The notes under the pieces are model-generated. The model did not search any database. It was given only the letters and a program-made list of their open reading frames with translations, and was not told where the DNA came from. A stretch of 59,925 nt of DNA from Verrucomicrobiota bacterium (GTDB lineage: Bacteria > Verrucomicrobiota > Verrucomicrobiia > Limisphaerales > UBA11358): assembly GCA_028873125.1 (NCBI GenBank), contig JAGWMQ010000005.1, positions 1 to 59,925 on the forward strand. The letters are read 5' to 3'. Within the stretch, counting starts at the first letter, position 1. Every line of letters begins with the position of its first letter. The translations under genes and the position numbers were made by a program. Shown one piece after another: positions 32,801 to 41,490 of this stretch.

Positions 32801-34253
32801 AGGTTCCGCTCAAATCCGCGTTCAACGGCAACGCCGCTTGCACGTCCACAGGAAGCATTTGAAACACGTAGTTCGGGCTGGACGACAAGCCACTTTGCAG
32901 GAACAGATAATTCGTTCCGGCAAATGGAATGGTCAGCGGACCGGCGTCGCTGTCGGAATTGCCGTGGATGGGCGTGGCGCCGTCCGGTTGCACCAACTCG
33001 ACCTGGACGTTGTCGAAGTCGCTGTCAATGGCGTCGTAGAACAGCCGTTCCCCGTTGGTGGCGGCAAACTGGTAAACGTCGGTTTGATACGGCGCGCTCA
33101 GCACGTTGCTCACCGTCGTGTTCAGCGGAAGGGTCAGACTGGTGGTCAAATCCAGCAGCCGGAAGTCGTAATTGCCGCTGGTGGTGCCGTTGTTCGCGCG
33201 CACTTGCAAGGTGTAGGTCCCCGCCCGCGGCAGAATGTAGGGGCCGGCGTCGGCGGTCTCGCTGACCGAAAAAACTGTCTTTCCAAAAGGATCAATCAAG
33301 TCCACCACCAGCGACAGGCCGCTGATGTCGAGACTGTCAAGATAGACTGGCAGGCCGGCGGGCGCGGTGAGGCTGAAACTGTTGGTCTGGCCCGTGCCGA
33401 TGGTCCCGGAGTGCGCCACGCCAAAGCCGGAAGCCGTTGCCGGCGCATCACTCACGTCGGTCAAAAGCACCTGAAACGAAAACGGTGTGGCCCCCTGGAC
33501 CACGCCGCTCACCAGTAAATAATAGGGACCGTCGAGAGGCAAAGTGACCGCGCCGAGGTTCTGGTAGATCTGGCCCGAAGCCAGGACCGTATTGACCGGG
33601 CTGACCAGTTCCCATTGGGCCTGGCTGGAGGCGTAGGCAAGGCTCTGCAAATTGATCCGCTGTCCGCGCGTGCCATTGAACCGATAAACGTTGCACGCCA
33701 GCGGCGGACTAAGCTGGCCGGCAAGAATCGTCCCCAGCGCCAGCGGCGCTCCGGCGGACAAGTCCAGCAGGCGAAACTGATAGCTCCCGGTGGTGGCCCC
33801 GGTGCCATTAACGACCAGCTTGTAGGTGCCCGATTCCGTCAGAACCAGCGGACCGGAATCGTAGTCGTCGTTGCGGGAGTACAAAGTGGTGCCGGACGGC
33901 GAAAGCAGAGTCAGAGTGATGCTGGCGTTGTCGGCGTCCTGGGAATCCAGATAGATTTGTTGTCCCGGTGCGCCGGTGAAGGTGTACGTGTGCGACTGGC
34001 CCGGCACAGTCAGGCTGCCGGCGTAGGTGGTGCCCAGCGTCAACGGGGCATCGGCACGCGCCGGATGGACCGCCAGCGTGAGGCCAAGGAGGCTGGAGCA
34101 GGCGGCCAGGCGCTTCAGGAACCGAAGCGTTCTGCCCGCTTCGCGGCCCGGGCCAGGGTCTTGCTTCGATTTTGCAACGCCGCCGGTGACCGTCGCGGAT
34201 TGAGGATTCATCTGGATTGGTTTTGTTTCAGAGTCAGGCCCACAGTCTTTCAT
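29886..34253 (-). CDS. Large secreted repeat protein (about a dozen PPC-like beta-sandwich repeats, a cadherin/Ig-like domain, RFYRV tail)
   Basis: Repeats of Y.F.G..GQ.LY.D...GP..L...G.Y.L; NSAPVL..I...DSDGD.LTFSL cadherin-like unit; signal peptide ending ARA|D; start may be at 34211. Confidence 0.8.
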   Translation of the reverse strand: MKDCGPDSETKPIQMNPQSATVTGGVAKSKQDPGPGREAGRTLRFLKRLAACSSLLGLTLAVHPARADAPLTLGTTYAGSLTVPGQSHTYTFTGAPGQQIYLDSQDADNASITLTLLSPSGTTLYSRNDDYDSGPLVLTESGTYKLVVNGTGATTGSYQFRLLDLSAGAPLALGTILAGQLSPPLACNVYRFNGTRGQRINLQSLAYASSQAQWELVSPVNTVLASGQIYQNLGAVTLPLDGPYYLLVSGVVQGATPFSFQVLLTDVSDAPATASGFGVAHSGTIGTGQTNSFSLTAPAGLPVYLDSLDISGLSLVVDLIDPFGKTVFSVSETADAGPYILPRAGTYTLQVRANNGTTSGNYDFRLLDLTTSLTLPLNTTVSNVLSAPYQTDVYQFAATNGERLFYDAIDSDFDNVQVELVQPDGATPIHGNSDSDAGPLTIPFAGTNYLFLQSGLSSSPNYVFQMLPVDVQAALPLNADLSGTLATNAVVIYQLAGTAGEQLYFNAKGVNVGGAYWTLYRPDDAQVAGAALGGDFEVTLGQAGQYVLVLSGGGNAVTYTNQVNTFSYTTNALTLGAPTNAVIVHPGDQVYYTFAGSAGQRLYFDSRQTNYNSIQATLFSPTGQQVFTVNSASDAGPMTLTQNGAYTLVFDGSGDTTGTMAFNLLDLATAPVITTGTLGDTLSDQTQARLYHFNGTAGQRLALQHVSSSASQANWELVGLDDQILGSANINNNIGTVTLPATGAYGLVVAGNAFGGSPVSFQVSITDVSDAPPGATNGFGVEHSGNIASGQTNSFTLTAPAGLPVYFDSLDISGQSLDVDLIDPYGNTVFTVNETADAGPYILPRSGTYTLDVRGYNGTASGNYDFRLLDLTTSPVLPLNAAVSNTLAAPYQTQVYQFSGAVGQRLFYDALTNDSDYPSVAVQLENALGVTVWQSGDFQNDSGPLTLAHSETYYLLLKGKKSPASSYNFQLLDLSSQPPLPVNAAATNALAAYQSVVYQYPGVAGQQLYFHALPGNPSGSWMLSDPNNNIVSGGSASLTGDLEVTLPVDGVYALVLGTYNGVAGTNVFKVNDYAYITNSYALGTAVTNTISEPGEQKVYTFNGVAGQRLYYDALAADPPYPNIISVELLNPQGAVDSAISGRFSYDRGPFTLSESGTYTLIFNGNGASTGTFAFDLLVVTNQPVLPVNAAATNALAAYQSVVYQYSGVAGQQLYFHALPGNPSGSWTLSDPNNNTVSGGSGSLTGDLEVTLPLNGVYALVLGTYNGAVGTNVFQVNPFNSGETMVINSAPVLNPIAKQIVGEGNTLTFTAAASDSDGDALTFSLDPGGPAGAAIGASSGVFSWTPPVTGFSLATNVIVRVTDNGAPSLSAAQTVSIEVISGPVMMTVQKSAGSAAVFWRSAPGKNYQLQFKNKLTDSTWTNIGGNLSATNFITSEMDATVGTNTMRFYRVGLLNP
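30431..31325. repeat. Intragenic direct repeat, ~280-bp units 615 bp apart
   Basis: ~30431-30710 and ~31046-31325 are nearly identical; a second pair lies at ~31560-31975 and ~33065-33475. Confidence 0.85.
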
Positions 34254-34593
34254 AGAGTCTTAAGGTGTTCCCCATCACTTAATGCTTCTCGCTTTTGGTT
34301 GTCAACGATTTTGATGAATACCGTTCCCAAGATTTTCAGTGTGTACCACGGAGGTGAGGCTGCAAACCTGGCCAAACTGAAGGTCGAGATCCGAACGACG
34401 GCCGTTTGGTGTGGCTACGAAACGTTTGACGACAACCTCAGCCATTCGCGGGAAGCCGGCTTCTCCATCTGCGTGAACGGATTTCAAAAAAAGTCCGGCG
34501 CCGGAAGGATAATCGGACCCCACCCGGCCTGCTTTTTTAAATAAAAAAAAGTGTTGCCTTTGTTTGGAATTCCTTGGAATTTATCCCCCGACT

Positions 34594-34830
34594 ATGAATC
34601 AAATACTTAATCTGTCTGTCGCCAAGCTTAAACGCATGGCGGCTATGAAATCGCAAATTGAACGTCTCCAATCCAAATTGGAAACGCTGGCCGACAACTC
34701 CTCGCCCCCGGGCAGGCGCGCCGCAACCAAGCGCAAAAGACGTCACATGAGCGCGGCAGCACGCCGGAAAATTTCCCAAGCCGCCAAGGCCCGCTGGGCC
34801 AGAGTACGGGCCGCCAAAGCGGGCAAGTAG
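34594..34830 (+). CDS. Small basic protein, putative nucleoid-associated/DNA-binding
   Basis: N-terminal coiled coil; K/R-rich tail MSAAARRKISQAAKARWARVRA; AT-rich upstream region. Confidence 0.75.
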   Translation: MNQILNLSVAKLKRMAAMKSQIERLQSKLETLADNSSPPGRRAATKRKRRHMSAAARRKISQAAKARWARVRAAKAGK

Positions 34831-34921
34831 TCGGGCCGGTTGCGGCCAGGCCGCCGGCGACATTTCGCGCCGCGACCGCGAAGCAAGGCAGCATCCTTCC
34901 TCTTCGCGGTCGTGGAGTTTG

Positions 34922-35614
34922 TTATTTGGCTCCCGAAACCAACACCACAAACTCGCCCTTCCAATTCCGGTGGCGCGCGCGGGTCAAAAGCTCTGATGGC
35001 TTGCCGCGCGCAAACTCCTCGAATTTCTTGGTCAACTCGCGGGCCATGACCACGTCGTGTTCGGGGAACACCGCGACGAGTTCTCCCAGCAGTTTCTCCA
35101 CGCGGTATGGCGATTCGTAAAAAACCAGGGTGCCGCTGACGGTTTTGAGGGATTCCAGTTTGCTTCGTCGCTGGCCGGATTTGTGGGGCAGAAAACCGAT
35201 AAAGTGGAATTCGTCCGCTGGCAAACCGCCCGCCGTGAGCGCCGCGACCAAGGCACATGCGCCGGGCACCGGTTCAACGCGCAACCCCGCCGCGATCGCC
35301 GCCTTCACCACGCGTTCGCCCGGGTCGCTGATGCCGGGACTGCCGGCGTCCGTGACCAGCGCGATTTTTTCGCCGCGCTGGAGCCGTTCGATGATTTCCC
35401 CGCTGCGCCGGGCCTCGTTGAACTGGAAGCAACTCAGAAGCGGCCTTGAGATTCCGAAGTGCTTCAGCAGTTGCCCGGAACGGCGCGTGTCCTCGGCGGC
35501 CACCGCGTCACACCCGCGCAACACCCGCAGTGCGCGCAGCGTGATGTCCTCCAGATTCCCGATGGGCGTGGCCACGAGGTAAAGCGTGCCGGGCGTGAGT
35601 GGCGGCGGTTCCAT
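34922..35614 (-). CDS. rsmI: 16S rRNA (cytidine(1402)-2'-O)-methyltransferase
   Basis: LYLVATPIGNLEDITLRA, AEDTR, DAGSPGISDPG, FYESPYR, ARELTKKFEE. Confidence 0.96.
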   Translation of the reverse strand: MEPPPLTPGTLYLVATPIGNLEDITLRALRVLRGCDAVAAEDTRRSGQLLKHFGISRPLLSCFQFNEARRSGEIIERLQRGEKIALVTDAGSPGISDPGERVVKAAIAAGLRVEPVPGACALVAALTAGGLPADEFHFIGFLPHKSGQRRSKLESLKTVSGTLVFYESPYRVEKLLGELVAVFPEHDVVMARELTKKFEEFARGKPSELLTRARHRNWKGEFVVLVSGAK

Positions 35615-35672
35615 GCTTTGACTTAAACAGAAAATTCGGCGAAAATAAACCGGATTCCGCGGTCGAAGGGAT

Positions 35673-36827
35673 ATGAGAAGATGCTGCTCCATTCTTTTCG
35701 CGCTGGCCATGGCTCACGGGCTCGGCGCGGAGGAATTGCCAAAAGCCGTGGCTGCACTGCGGAAAAATGGCGCGTTTACTTTTCCACAAAAGGAGGCAAA
35801 GGTGTTTTGCGATCGGCCAACGCTGCGCTTTTCCGTCTGGAACAACGATCAATATCTGTTCGCCCAGGCCATTTTGTGGACGGACGACGACGCCTCGCTT
35901 GGCAAAGACCGATACAACCGGTTAACTTATGACTGGTCCTTCTTGATGTTGAACGTGAATCCGAATGGAGAAGTCACCCCCCATGTGGACCGGGAATATG
36001 TGCTCAATCCAGGGACACACGGTCTGTATTATGTTATTGAGCTTGGGTTACGCGACCAAACCGGCCTTTACAGCGATTCGAAAGGTCGAGGAGCCATCCG
36101 CTACCTAAAAACCGCCGATGGAAGAACGGTTCGGGTGGACACTTATTTGATTCCTTTGGCGGAACTCTCCCGCCACGTGGGGGATGAACTGCGGTTGGCT
36201 TACTGGGGATTTTCCCCAAAGCCGCCGCTGACGGTCAATTCCACCGGCTACACCCGCGTCGGAAGGAACTACAACCGTTGGAACATCCCTCTCTCTCAAT
36301 ATAACGAATATGTTTTAACCAAAGGCGGGGCAATTGATCTGAATGAGGTGCCGGACGGACGGAAGGACACTTCAAACAATGTGGCGATGCCAAGAGTCGG
36401 CGAGGCTGCCCCTGAAATTTCCGCCAAGGAATGGATCTATTCCGGAAAGCCGCTGACTCTGGCCGACCTGCGCGGGAAGGTCGTCCTCGTGGATTTTTGG
36501 GCGACCTGGTGCGGGCCGTGTGTCGAGTGCATTCCGCATTTCAACGAACTTCAGCGGAAGTATTCCCGCAAGAATTTCCAATTGTTGAGCCTGGTCGAAG
36601 AAGGCCCTCAAACGATGGACCCGTTTCTCGCCAAACATCACGTGGATTATCCCATCGGTCTGGAAAGCAATTCGCTTGACGATTACGGCGTCACTGGAAT
36701 CCCACAGGCATTTGTCATTGACCAAAGCGGAAAGATTATTTGGAGCGGCGACCCCGATGCCGCATCACCTGAAATGGACAAAGTCATTGCAAAGGCATTG
36801 GGGATCATTGCCAATCCATCAAAATGA
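35673..36827 (+). CDS. Exported TlpA/ResA-like thioredoxin with an unknown N-terminal domain
   Basis: Signal peptide; GKVVLVDFWATWCGPC and GIPQAFVIDQSG in the C-terminal third. Confidence 0.85.
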   Translation: MRRCCSILFALAMAHGLGAEELPKAVAALRKNGAFTFPQKEAKVFCDRPTLRFSVWNNDQYLFAQAILWTDDDASLGKDRYNRLTYDWSFLMLNVNPNGEVTPHVDREYVLNPGTHGLYYVIELGLRDQTGLYSDSKGRGAIRYLKTADGRTVRVDTYLIPLAELSRHVGDELRLAYWGFSPKPPLTVNSTGYTRVGRNYNRWNIPLSQYNEYVLTKGGAIDLNEVPDGRKDTSNNVAMPRVGEAAPEISAKEWIYSGKPLTLADLRGKVVLVDFWATWCGPCVECIPHFNELQRKYSRKNFQLLSLVEEGPQTMDPFLAKHHVDYPIGLESNSLDDYGVTGIPQAFVIDQSGKIIWSGDPDAASPEMDKVIAKALGIIANPSK

Positions 36828-36891
36828 AACCGGCGCGAAAATCTTCGTCGCTTCCGCCAGGCGCTTTGGTTAACCTTCCTTTCAAGTATTG

Positions 36892-37977
36892 ATGAAAAAA
36901 CTTCTTCCGATATTGTTGGGGTCTGCTTTTGTTGCTGGCAACTTGCTTGCGCAGCCGCCGGTGCGCATCGCCATCGCGGGACTCTCCCACGATCACGCCT
37001 GGGGATTTATTCCGCGCTTCGCCGGACGAACGGATGTGCAATTGGCCGGCATCGTGGAAACCAACCAGGATTTGATCAGCCGCTATTCCGAACACTTTCA
37101 TCTCAATCCCCGCCTGTTTTATCCCAGTCTGGATGCGATCTTCGCCGGGACAAAGGTGCAGGCCGTGGCGACCTTCACCAGCACGTTCGAGCACGCGCGA
37201 GTCGTGCAAGCGTGCGCGGCGCACGGCGTGGACGTGATGATGGAAAAGCCACTGGCCACGAACATGAAGCAGGCCCGCGCAATCGCGGCGGCGGCGAAGA
37301 AAGGCGGCATCCAAATCATCGTCAATTACGAAACGAGCTGGTATCCGGGAAACCGGGCGGCCTACACCATGGTTCACGATGAACATCAAATCGGTGATAT
37401 CCGTCGGATGGTCTTTCACCACGGCCACCGCGGGCCGAAGGAAATCGGCTGCTCCACCAATTTCCTCGCCTGGCTGACCGATCCGGTCCTGGACGGCGGC
37501 GGCGCCATCAACGACTTCGGCTGCTATGGCGCAGACCTGGCCACCTGGCTGATGGACGGACAAAAACCGCTGTCCGTTTTTGCCGTCGCCCGGCATTTCA
37601 AACCGGACATTTACCCAAAGGTCGAGGACGATGCGACCATCGTGTTGAATTATGCCAAAGCCACGGTCGTTCTGGAGCCGTCGTGGAACTGGCCGTTCGA
37701 CCGCAAAGACATGGAGATTTACGGACAAACCGGCTACGTGCTGGTGCCCCGGCCGGATTTGCTGCGCGTGCGAACCGCAAAGACGCCCGGTGAAGTGGAA
37801 ATCAACCCGCCGCCCTTGACCGGTGCAAACGCCGATCCGCTTTCTTATCTCGTCGCCGTCGTGCAGGGAAAAATCAAGCCCGCCGGTCTGGCGTCGCTGG
37901 ACGTGAACATGACGGTGGTGGAAATCCTGGGCGCGGCGCACCGGTCCGCGCGGACTGGGAAACTGGTCAAGCTTTAA
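36892..37977 (+). CDS. Gfo/Idh/MocA family oxidoreductase with signal peptide
   Basis: RIAIAGLSHDH, MMEKPLA, GGGAINDFGCYG. Confidence 0.88.
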   Translation: MKKLLPILLGSAFVAGNLLAQPPVRIAIAGLSHDHAWGFIPRFAGRTDVQLAGIVETNQDLISRYSEHFHLNPRLFYPSLDAIFAGTKVQAVATFTSTFEHARVVQACAAHGVDVMMEKPLATNMKQARAIAAAAKKGGIQIIVNYETSWYPGNRAAYTMVHDEHQIGDIRRMVFHHGHRGPKEIGCSTNFLAWLTDPVLDGGGAINDFGCYGADLATWLMDGQKPLSVFAVARHFKPDIYPKVEDDATIVLNYAKATVVLEPSWNWPFDRKDMEIYGQTGYVLVPRPDLLRVRTAKTPGEVEINPPPLTGANADPLSYLVAVVQGKIKPAGLASLDVNMTVVEILGAAHRSARTGKLVKL

Positions 37978-37986
37978 AATGCCGCG

Positions 37987-38325
37987 ATGAAATCCGCCGC
38001 CAAATTTGCCGTCGTTCTGGTCACGGCGCCCGACTTGGCGACGGCCCGCAGGCTGGCGCGTGGCGCCTTGCAGGCCAGGCTCGTCGCCTGCGCGAATCTC
38101 ATCCCGAAAATCGAGTCGCTTTATTGGTGGCAGGAGAAGATCGAGTCCGGAGCGGAGGTCCAGATGGTTTTGAAAACGACCAAATCCAGGCTGGCCGTTC
38201 TGGAAAAATTCATTCTCGCCCGGCACCCGTATGACACGCCCGAATTTCTGGTCCTGTCCCCGGGCGCCGGCGGCGGAAAATATCTGGACTGGCTGGCGGC
38301 GATTTGCGCGGAAAAATTCCGTTGA
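37987..38325 (+). CDS. cutA: Divalent-cation tolerance protein CutA
   Basis: VLVTAPD, LVACAN, SLYWW, HPYDTPE. Confidence 0.93.
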   Translation: MKSAAKFAVVLVTAPDLATARRLARGALQARLVACANLIPKIESLYWWQEKIESGAEVQMVLKTTKSRLAVLEKFILARHPYDTPEFLVLSPGAGGGKYLDWLAAICAEKFR

Positions 38326-38355
38326 ACCGGCGCCGCGCCCGCGTAAATTGGCTTT

Positions 38356-39060
38356 GTGAATCGGGCGGACCTCTTTCCGTTGATGCTGCTCATGCTCCAC
38401 CTGTTGGCGCTGGGGGTTCTGACGGCGATGTTCATCGGGATGTTCCTGCTGCATCGCCGGGCGCACCGCGCGCGACAAGCGGTCCGGGGGCCCGTCCCAC
38501 ACCCGCTTTCGCCGCCGAGACGGCCGGGCCTCTGGCTGGCGGTGCGTTCGAGCGACCGCCGGAGCGTGCAGTCGGCGCTGGCTGCCGGCGAATTGGCGCC
38601 GGCTCTGAGAGCCAATCCCAGCCGATGGCGCGTTGCTCCGCCGGTCAATGGCTGGACCATGGTCACCGGCCCCGACTTGCCGAATCCGAGCGCCGACGTG
38701 GATGATTGCTTCCGCTTTCTGCTGGCCTTGAGCCGCCGGTTGGGTCATGTGCAGTTTTTCTACAGCGAAAACGTGCTGCACCACCATGCCTGGGCACGCC
38801 TGGACGACGGCTGCGTGACGCGAGCCTACGCCTGGGCGGGCGAGACGATCTGGAACCAGGGGCTCAAGACGATCGCGGAAATTCAGTTGGAACTGAGGTG
38901 CTTTCAATACGGGGAATCCGTGGGCGCATGGGAGGCGTCAGGGGCGGCGGCGCAGAATGTGGAAAGGATCCCGCTCCTGGCCGCGCGCTGGAGCATCGAT
39001 CCCTGCCGGACGGCGGCGTCCTTCCCCATCCGCGGTTCAGACGATTCGGGTGTGGTTTGA
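38356..39060 (+). CDS. Hypothetical protein with N-terminal membrane anchor
   Basis: ORF fills the gap; PPVNGWTMV, HHAWARL..G...RAYAWAGE, WSIDP look like conserved motifs; start uncertain. Confidence 0.6.
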   Translation: MNRADLFPLMLLMLHLLALGVLTAMFIGMFLLHRRAHRARQAVRGPVPHPLSPPRRPGLWLAVRSSDRRSVQSALAAGELAPALRANPSRWRVAPPVNGWTMVTGPDLPNPSADVDDCFRFLLALSRRLGHVQFFYSENVLHHHAWARLDDGCVTRAYAWAGETIWNQGLKTIAEIQLELRCFQYGESVGAWEASGAAAQNVERIPLLAARWSIDPCRTAASFPIRGSDDSGVV

Positions 39061-39143
39061 TGCCGTGCGCGAGGAGGGAGGGATTGCACTTGTGCCGCGG
39101 CGGCGTTTGCCGCAGAGTGGGGCCGTCCAAACGAAGGAACACC

Positions 39144-39734
39144 ATGTCATTCAACATCGAACTCGAACTTCAGCGGTTTCCGAAGGTGATCACACTGCGG
39201 GACGGCACAACGGCCACGCTGCGCCCTCTGCGTGCGCAGGATGAAAAGGAGTTTCATCAATTGTTTCTGGACATTCCCGAACCGGAACGGATGTTCATCA
39301 AGCACCGCGTCACCGACATCGAGGTGGTCCGCGACTGGTGTCGGGACATTGATTACGGACGCAACCTGCCGTTGGTCGCGCTGATGGGCAGAAAGATTGT
39401 CGGCGATGCCACGCTGCACCAGCAGTTGGGCGGATGGAAACGGCATATCGGCCGCGTGAGCGTGCTGGTGCATCCGAATTACCGCGGACGCGGCCTGGCC
39501 CGCACGCTGGTCTCGGAGATCGTCGAAATCGCGCGACATGCCGGCCTTGAAAAGGTCGAGGCCGAATTCATCGGCGAGCAGGAAGCAGCCATCAAAATGT
39601 TCGCCCTGCTGGGCTTCAGTCAGTTGTTGCGGCTGGAAGATTATGTCAAGGACATGCAAGCCGTTTCCCATGACTACATTTTGATGGGCCTGGAATTGAA
39701 GACCGACGAGGAATACGCCGGAGCGGCGGGATGA
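39144..39734 (+). CDS. GNAT family N-acetyltransferase
   Basis: TLRDG...LRPL, VHPNYRGRGLA acetyl-CoA motif, LGF; AAGGA RBS. Confidence 0.88.
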   Translation: MSFNIELELQRFPKVITLRDGTTATLRPLRAQDEKEFHQLFLDIPEPERMFIKHRVTDIEVVRDWCRDIDYGRNLPLVALMGRKIVGDATLHQQLGGWKRHIGRVSVLVHPNYRGRGLARTLVSEIVEIARHAGLEKVEAEFIGEQEAAIKMFALLGFSQLLRLEDYVKDMQAVSHDYILMGLELKTDEEYAGAAG

Positions 39735-39838
39735 TTTTCAATTTGCGATTTACGATTTACGAACTGCCCGCGACTCCAAACAGATTCTCAAACCGGCAAA
39801 CCGCGCCAATCGTAAATCACAAATCCCAAATCGTAAAT
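39734..39838. repeat. Inverted heptamer arrays (ATTTACG-type x4 / CGTAAAT-type x4)
   Basis: ATTTTCA ATTTGCG ATTTACG ATTTACG at 39734-39761; CGTAAAT CACAAAT CCCAAAT CGTAAAT at 39811-39838. Confidence 0.8.
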
Positions 39839-40118
39839 GCCTCCGGAGGTCTGTCCCAACTGCGGCGCGGAAGTCCCGCCCGGCGCCAGAGCTTGCCCTG
39901 AATGCGGCGCCGATGAGGAAACCGGCTGGTCAGAAAAGGCTTATGCCGACAATTTGGGATTGCCGGATGAGCAATTTGACTACGGCGAATTTGTGAACGA
40001 GGAATTCGGCGCCGGACGGAAAAAACCGCATGGCATCTCCCGGTTCTGGTGGACATTGGCCCTGCTGCTCGTCGTTCTCCTCTTACTCGCCTTGCTGTCG
40101 GGGATCGTTTATTTCTGA
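39837..40118 (+). CDS. Zinc-ribbon protein with C-terminal TM helix
   Basis: CPNCG...CPECG; hydrophobic C-terminus. Confidence 0.8.
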   Translation: MPPEVCPNCGAEVPPGARACPECGADEETGWSEKAYADNLGLPDEQFDYGEFVNEEFGAGRKKPHGISRFWWTLALLLVVLLLLALLSGIVYF

Positions 40119-40156
40119 ACAAGGAGTGTGGCGGCGCGTCGTCGCTTCCCTCGACG

Positions 40157-40650
40157 GTATCCGTATTACTAACACCGTCTAGGCGAAGCATGGTTCGTGA
40201 TGGCAAAGTGGGCGCATGCAACGAATGACACGCGTTCGCCGGCGGCGCTGCCCACCGGCCCAGCGGGATAAATTATTGGCCGCCTATCAACGCAGCGGTT
40301 TGACCCAAAAGGCCTTTGCCGCGCAGGCGGGCATCGGCTATTCGACGCTGACAGCCTGGCTGGGCAAGGCGGTCGCCGCGCGACCAGCCTCGCCTGAGGG
40401 CGGCCCGTCAGGTTTTATTCCGGTTCCCAATTTGCTGGCGACTGCCGACCGCCTTCGGGCATACCGGTTCCAGTTTCCCGGCGGGCTGATGGTGGAGGTG
40501 GCCCGAGGTTTCCAAGCCGAAGAACTCCGTGCGCTCTTGCAAGTGGCGCAGCAGTTAGGCGCGCGTGCCGCGCGTCGGCTCGCCGACAATCGGCAGCAGT
40601 TCCTTCGGCACTTCGATGAATGGAAACTGTATGAACGGCATATCAGTTAA
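40157..40650 (+). mobile_element. IS66-family remnant: left end plus tnpA-like ORF (40216-40650); tnpB/tnpC absent
   Basis: YQRSGLTQKAFAAQAGIGYSTLTAW HTH and GFIPV motif typical of IS66 TnpA; GTATCCGT..CCGTCT resembles an IS66 terminus. Confidence 0.65.
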
Positions 40651-40925
40651 AGTATCAAAATGAATACAATTGTCAACCGAAAATCTTGAAATTTTTCCTG
40701 CCGCTGACTTGATGCCGTCTTGCCGCGCGGCTTGGGTTAAATCTGATTGCCGAAAACTCCGGCTGAAAATTCCGGCGCGCCTTCCTAATCAGCCGCGTCC
40801 ATGTCGCGCCTGTGCCGGTCAACGGTGGAGCCGCTAAAAAAACCCGGCGCGAAGCGCCTTCCAGTTTTTCGGACGACCTTGACGGGCGCGGGCGTGACAT
40901 ATAGTCGGACGAGGCGAGCGCGCCG

Positions 40926-41490
40926 GAGTCAACCCTTGCAGATGCAAATCGCAGTGCATACGGTCAGGGGGTCTTTCCCGAACCGTTTCTGGTGGACGAT
41001 TCCGATTTGGAACCCGATGAGGCGCGGCTGGATTGGCTGCACACGCAGGTCAACGGTTCCAAAAGCGAAGTTGTCAAGGCTGAGGTAGAACATGCCTTTG
41101 GTCTGATGACAATGGAACTGGAGGTTCCTTACGAATATGACACTGCGGCGGGCTAAACCACAAAGGGTTTTAGGGCTATGCACATGACTCAACCAACCAC
41201 AACACCTTGGCAAGTTACGTCAAGCCAAACCACAATGGGTTGGGTCCGATTGAGCCAGGTTGAGTCATGTGCATAGGCACAAAGGGTTTTGACAACATTG
41301 ATCTTGGCGCCCGCTATCCGCTCTATCAATTCGTCTCGCCAAATGGCTTCGTGGACTCGACGTTCGGCGCAGGCATCGAGGCAGGCATCCCCACTGAATC
41401 AGCAATCACCAAGAACGCAGAACTGGTCCCGAAACTGTTCAATGAACTGAAGGTGGGGAATTCCACCGCGCAATCAGTCCTCGGCTATTC
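40926..41490 (+). pseudogene. Disrupted outer-membrane beta-barrel-like gene
   Basis: Frame reads ..GVFPEPFLVDDSDLE..ELEVPYEYDTAAG*TTKGF [MITE] DNIDLGARYPLYQF..EAGIPT..; TAA at 41154; 3' end replaced by IS91 sequence. Confidence 0.65.
41172..41277. mobile_element. 106-bp MITE (non-autonomous IS derivative)
   Basis: Perfect 19-bp IR CTATGCACATGACTCAACC (41176-41194 and 41258-41276) flanked by direct repeat CACAAAGGGTTTT (41159-41171 and 41278-41290). Confidence 0.88.

Noticed and set aside
30431-33475. Direct repeats as a CRISPR array or mobile element
   Set aside because: They are long, in-frame domain duplications inside one CDS.
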